From contig CBDFIQ010000002.1 of the NCBI GenBank assembly GCA_965248195.1, positions 1 through 64,000 of the forward strand: a stretch of DNA of 64,000 nucleotides. Reading direction: 5' to 3'. This document shows, in pieces, positions 60,530-64,000 of this stretch. The translations under genes and the position numbers were made by a program. This DNA is from Longimicrobiales bacterium. Its GTDB lineage: Bacteria; Gemmatimonadota; Gemmatimonadetes; Longimicrobiales; Gaopeijiaceae. The notes under the pieces were generated by a model. The model was not told where the DNA came from. It made no database searches and worked only from the letters and a program-made list of their open reading frames with translations. The first letter of the stretch is position 1, and every line of letters begins with the position of its first letter.

Positions 60530-61567
60530 CTAGACCAGCAACTCGTCGGGTGGAAGGCGCGGGCTCTTAGGGGCGCCGTCCGGTGGGGCCTTCCCTACTC
60601 GGAACACGTTGATCACGGAAGCGTCTGGTTCGAGTCCACACCGTGTGCGCAAGCTCGCGCACTCGTCGAGATCGTCGGCCAACGCCGACATAGGGCATGC
60701 GCTCAACCCGCGGCGTGTGAGCTCGAGCCAGATCCGGTAGAAACTCCGGCCGGCCTCGAACCAGCCAGCGCTCTGACCCTGGTGGAGAACCAGCAGCGCA
60801 GCGGCAGAGCGGGTCGCACCGGCCTCGGCAGTGGCGAGTCGACCGAGGCCCGTGAGCTTCAAAACTCTGAACATGCCTGGCCTGAAGAGCATGACGGCTG
60901 CCCGAGCTTCGAGGGACGACATCGCCATACAGTCGGCGGTCAGGCCATCGCGTTGCCAGTCGGGGTGCGCCGGTGTGAAGCGGAGCCATGCATAAAGCTC
61001 GGCCTGCAACTCGGGGATCTCGAGGAACCGATAGGAGCTCCGGTCGTGGGCGCACGCCAGGTCGGCGATCTCTGTCGGAGCATCGATGACGGAGAGGCCC
61101 TCCTGAGTGTCGGCGAGACTTCGGACGCTCTTGAGCGCACTCGGGTCCGCCTGGAACCGGCTGCGGTAGCTTCGCCGGAGGGTGACAAACTCGGCGAGCG
61201 GTTCGCGGGCTCCTATCTCCGCGAGGGTGGTGCTGGCGACCAAGCGATATGGCCCTCCGTCGGTAGCCCCGCCCTCCGTTGGGTCCCCGAGGTCGAGGTC
61301 CGCCAGGTCAGGGGCACTGAGGCCGAGCCCGCGACAGGATAGAGCCAGGCTCATGCCCTCGAAGGCCGCTCCCAGGCTGACCATCGCGTCCTTTCCGGTC
61401 GGGTCCGCGAAAGGGACGCGCCTGCTCACGTCCACCAGCAAAAGCACACGCCCTCCCGGCAGAAACCGCCACCTGGCCGGCTGCGTATTGTGCGCGCTCG
61501 GAGACCGGTTCGCCTCGGCTACAAGGGCCAGAGCGTCCTCGCGGGTGAGGTCGACCATCGGGCTCAT
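60530..61567 (-). CDS. nitroreductase-fold (Acg-like) FMN protein
   Basis: RSPSAHNTQP, SLGAAFEG, RRSYRSRF, AGR...WLELT. Confidence 0.85.
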   Translation of the reverse strand: MSPMVDLTREDALALVAEANRSPSAHNTQPARWRFLPGGRVLLLVDVSRRVPFADPTGKDAMVSLGAAFEGMSLALSCRGLGLSAPDLADLDLGDPTEGGATDGGPYRLVASTTLAEIGAREPLAEFVTLRRSYRSRFQADPSALKSVRSLADTQEGLSVIDAPTEIADLACAHDRSSYRFLEIPELQAELYAWLRFTPAHPDWQRDGLTADCMAMSSLEARAAVMLFRPGMFRVLKLTGLGRLATAEAGATRSAAALLVLHQGQSAGWFEAGRSFYRIWLELTRRGLSACPMSALADDLDECASLRTRCGLEPDASVINVFRVGKAPPDGAPKSPRLPPDELLV

Positions 61568-62673
61568 CAGAGGGGTCTCCGGAAGAGATGAAGCCGATGG
61601 AGCGGCCGACCCCCCAGCTTCTCCACCTGGCGGAGGCTGGCCTTGTTCTCGTCCGCGATCCACGTCAAGCCGAGGTGCGTGTAGCCAGCACCCTTGAGAG
61701 CCGTCGTGACACAATGGAGCATGGCCGGGTTCAGTCCCTGTCCCCACATCGACGGATGTACGGCCCAAAAGATGATCACCGCGCGACGGCGGTTCCCCAA
61801 ATACTTCAGGTAGCGGAAGGGGAAGGAGGGGCCGAACCGGGAGCCCGCGCTCTTCAGCAGGGGATTCAGGTCGGGAATACAGACCACTACGCCGACCGGT
61901 TCGTCCTCTCGGTACACGAGGTGGGACAGCCGCCCGTCGATGATCCACATCATCTCCTCGGCCTGGAAGAAGAACTCCTTCCTTGTGGGGGGCACGAACA
62001 TCGGGTTCCGGTCGAAGCTCACGTTCAGAACCGTGCGCATGTCCTCCAGCTGCCTACGGAAGCCGCGCCGCCGTATCGGGACCCAGCGCAGTTCGCTGCG
62101 GTCGAGCAACTCCTGGACCTTTGGATTCACCATTCGCTCGGCGGCGAACCCATCTAGCTCGAGCTCATGCGTAGTCATGGGGAAGAACGGCTCGAAGCCG
62201 CATTCAACAAGAAGACGCGGGATGTGTTGGGGGTTGTAGTGCATGTCGGTGTAGGCCGGGTTCCCGAAGCCCTCGGTCACGATGCCGATCTGTTGCATCG
62301 CTGTGAGATTGAAGTTGCCGGCAAGCTCCTCACACCCTTTCTGCCTACTCCACTCGGCTGCAGCTCCGAGCAACTCGCCTGCCACCTCCACGTCGTCCAC
62401 GCAATCGAAGAAGCCGAAGTAGGCTCGCCTGAGGCCATGGCGCTCGTTGGAATCGTGGTGGACATGTGCTACGACGCGCCCGAGCGACTGGCCATTACGA
62501 CGGACGCTGAAGTAGGTGAAGTCCCCGTGGTCTCTGAAAAGCGGATTCTTCCGGCCGTCCAGGAGCCGGGCGAGATCCGAGCGCATGAGGGACGTGAACA
62601 CGGGGTCGTCCCCGTACGAGTCGAAGGGGGCGGCGAAGAAGCTGTCGAAGTCGCGTTCGCAGAGTTCGTTCAC
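61567..62673 (-). CDS. GNAT-family N-acyltransferase (YghO-like)
   Basis: GRVVAH, YFGFFDC, YNPQH, IPDLN, AVHPSMWGQG, WIADEN. Confidence 0.8.
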   Translation of the reverse strand: MNELCERDFDSFFAAPFDSYGDDPVFTSLMRSDLARLLDGRKNPLFRDHGDFTYFSVRRNGQSLGRVVAHVHHDSNERHGLRRAYFGFFDCVDDVEVAGELLGAAAEWSRQKGCEELAGNFNLTAMQQIGIVTEGFGNPAYTDMHYNPQHIPRLLVECGFEPFFPMTTHELELDGFAAERMVNPKVQELLDRSELRWVPIRRRGFRRQLEDMRTVLNVSFDRNPMFVPPTRKEFFFQAEEMMWIIDGRLSHLVYREDEPVGVVVCIPDLNPLLKSAGSRFGPSFPFRYLKYLGNRRRAVIIFWAVHPSMWGQGLNPAMLHCVTTALKGAGYTHLGLTWIADENKASLRQVEKLGGRPLHRLHLFRRPL

Positions 62674-62682
62674 GGATCCGTC

Positions 62683-63885
62683 CTAAAAGAACAGGGTGAA
62701 ACTGAGCGACAGGTACTTGTCGAGCCGCCGAACGAACGTCGGCTCGTCCGAGGAATTGCCACCGAAGAGACGGCCGTCGAGCTCCACCGTCGCCCGGTCG
62801 CTTATCCTCCGGGATGCCGTGGCGGACGTGATCACGTTGCCACTCCGATAGTCGACCAAGGTGCGGCCCGAGACGGTCCAATCCTGCGTGAGGAGCCGGG
62901 CTCCGACGAAGAAATCGTTCTCCGTAGATGCCGTCGCGTCCTCTCCCCTGCCGTCGTACAGGTACTCGACGAAGACGCTCAGGTATGGGGCGAGCGCGTA
63001 CTCGAGGCCGCCAACGACTGCATAGAACTCCTCGAAGTCCGAAGCGCGGCGGAGCAACTCGACCTTCAGAAGTAGGGCGTCGCGCGTCCACTGTGCGTCG
63101 AGACTGGTCTGATTGATCTGGTCGTAGAACGGGATCCAACCCCGACCACCCCCGACCTGGGGTGATGGCTCGAAGCGCGGGTCGCGGTTGGTCCCCGAGA
63201 AGTGGGCCACGCCGAGGTCGAAGCCCCCCACGAAGTGGCTCCAGCGGAGGGCCCAGTCTATGTGTTCACGGCCCCGCTCGTGCTCGAACTCAACCGCGTC
63301 CTCATCGACCGGCAGCGAGGACCAGAGTGCTCCCCCTCGTCCCGCGAAACTCCGCTCCCGAAAGTACGGAAGCACGTAGCCCTCGAAGCTCCCCAGCGAC
63401 GTGAACGTCTTGAGGTTGAGGAGCGGCTGACCGAGCCGGCCCGGCGCCGGCGCGTCTTCCCCGAAGTCCCGCTGGTTGATCACGTCTACGAGCGCGACCG
63501 ACTCCGCCACGCCCCAGTTGAGCTGTCTCATGCCGACCGCAACTTCCCAGTCGTCCCAGATCTTCTCCCACACCAGATCGCGGAAGTCGAGGCGAGTTCG
63601 CGACTCGTTGTTCGGGTCGATGCGGATGAAGGGTGCGACGGTCAGGATCTGGGACCGGTCGTCCCATGTGAGTGAGCCTTCGACTTGCACGGTGAGGCTC
63701 AGCTCGTGGCGCGGGGCTTCCCCCGGGGCACTGTCGGAATAACCACGGGTGCCGATGGCTGCGCTTCCCGACCACTGCGCGGAGGCGGATGCTGGAGCGA
63801 CACCCCAGCAGGTGATCACGAATGCCAGCGTGCGCGTGAGGGAAGGATGTCGGACGCCTTCACCGGGTCGTCGAGGTAGTTGCAC
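62683..63885 (-). CDS. outer-membrane beta-barrel protein
   Basis: Signal peptide, WGVAES..VDVINQRD, LPYFRER, terminal F. Confidence 0.8.
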   Translation of the reverse strand: MQLPRRPGEGVRHPSLTRTLAFVITCWGVAPASASAQWSGSAAIGTRGYSDSAPGEAPRHELSLTVQVEGSLTWDDRSQILTVAPFIRIDPNNESRTRLDFRDLVWEKIWDDWEVAVGMRQLNWGVAESVALVDVINQRDFGEDAPAPGRLGQPLLNLKTFTSLGSFEGYVLPYFRERSFAGRGGALWSSLPVDEDAVEFEHERGREHIDWALRWSHFVGGFDLGVAHFSGTNRDPRFEPSPQVGGGRGWIPFYDQINQTSLDAQWTRDALLLKVELLRRASDFEEFYAVVGGLEYALAPYLSVFVEYLYDGRGEDATASTENDFFVGARLLTQDWTVSGRTLVDYRSGNVITSATASRRISDRATVELDGRLFGGNSSDEPTFVRRLDKYLSLSFTLFF

Positions 63886-63892
63886 GGGGCGG

Positions 63893-64000
63893 CTACCTGC
63901 GTCCCAGGCGCCGAGGATCGAAAACCCCGTCGCTCAGATCGGTCGCGAAGGCGTACTCGCTCCACTCCAAGGTGGTGGACTTCCCCGACGCGAGCTCGTT
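63893..64000 (-). CDS. C-terminus of an outer-membrane lipoprotein-sorting (LolA-like) protein, partial
   Basis: NELASGKSTTLEWSEYAFATDLSDGVFDPRRLGRR*. Confidence 0.65.
   Translation of the reverse strand, partial: NELASGKSTTLEWSEYAFATDLSDGVFDPRRLGRR

Overview
GC-rich bacterial chromosomal window. The gene content (ADOP permeases, DUF5916 proteins, plant-type LRR lipoprotein) suggests a Gemmatimonadota/Acidobacteriota-like genome; this is inference only. There are four parts. (1) 3.2-16.3 kb: an integron-like cassette array. A C-terminally truncated SAM4-type tyrosine integrase with an unusual N-terminal HARP-like domain lies divergent to an attI-like site and five attC-bounded cassettes with defence-type cargo: HEPN; pentapeptide-channel + nucleotidyltransferase + small ORF; SIR2-like; Fic; HEPN-like. 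It is interrupted by two identical IS3-family copies and one IS256, two of them inside attC sites. (2) 16.7-42 kb: mostly core genes, including a UGSC-type selenoprotein (in-frame TGA), lutABC with a 29-bp mini-ORF tandem repeat, a putative copper-leader-peptide operon, a NosR-like/ApbE flavinylation pair, rnpB and tRNA-Arg(CCG). (3) 42.5-53 kb: a decayed island at tRNA-Arg, with an att duplication, an IS256-split integrase, a terminase remnant, an LRR protein and PadR/permeases. (4) 55.8-64 kb: a tightly coupled operon (dihaem RoxA-like protein, membrane protein, ThiF, acyltransferase-like, nitroreductase, GNAT, outer-membrane export proteins) that looks like an uncharacterised biosynthetic cluster.
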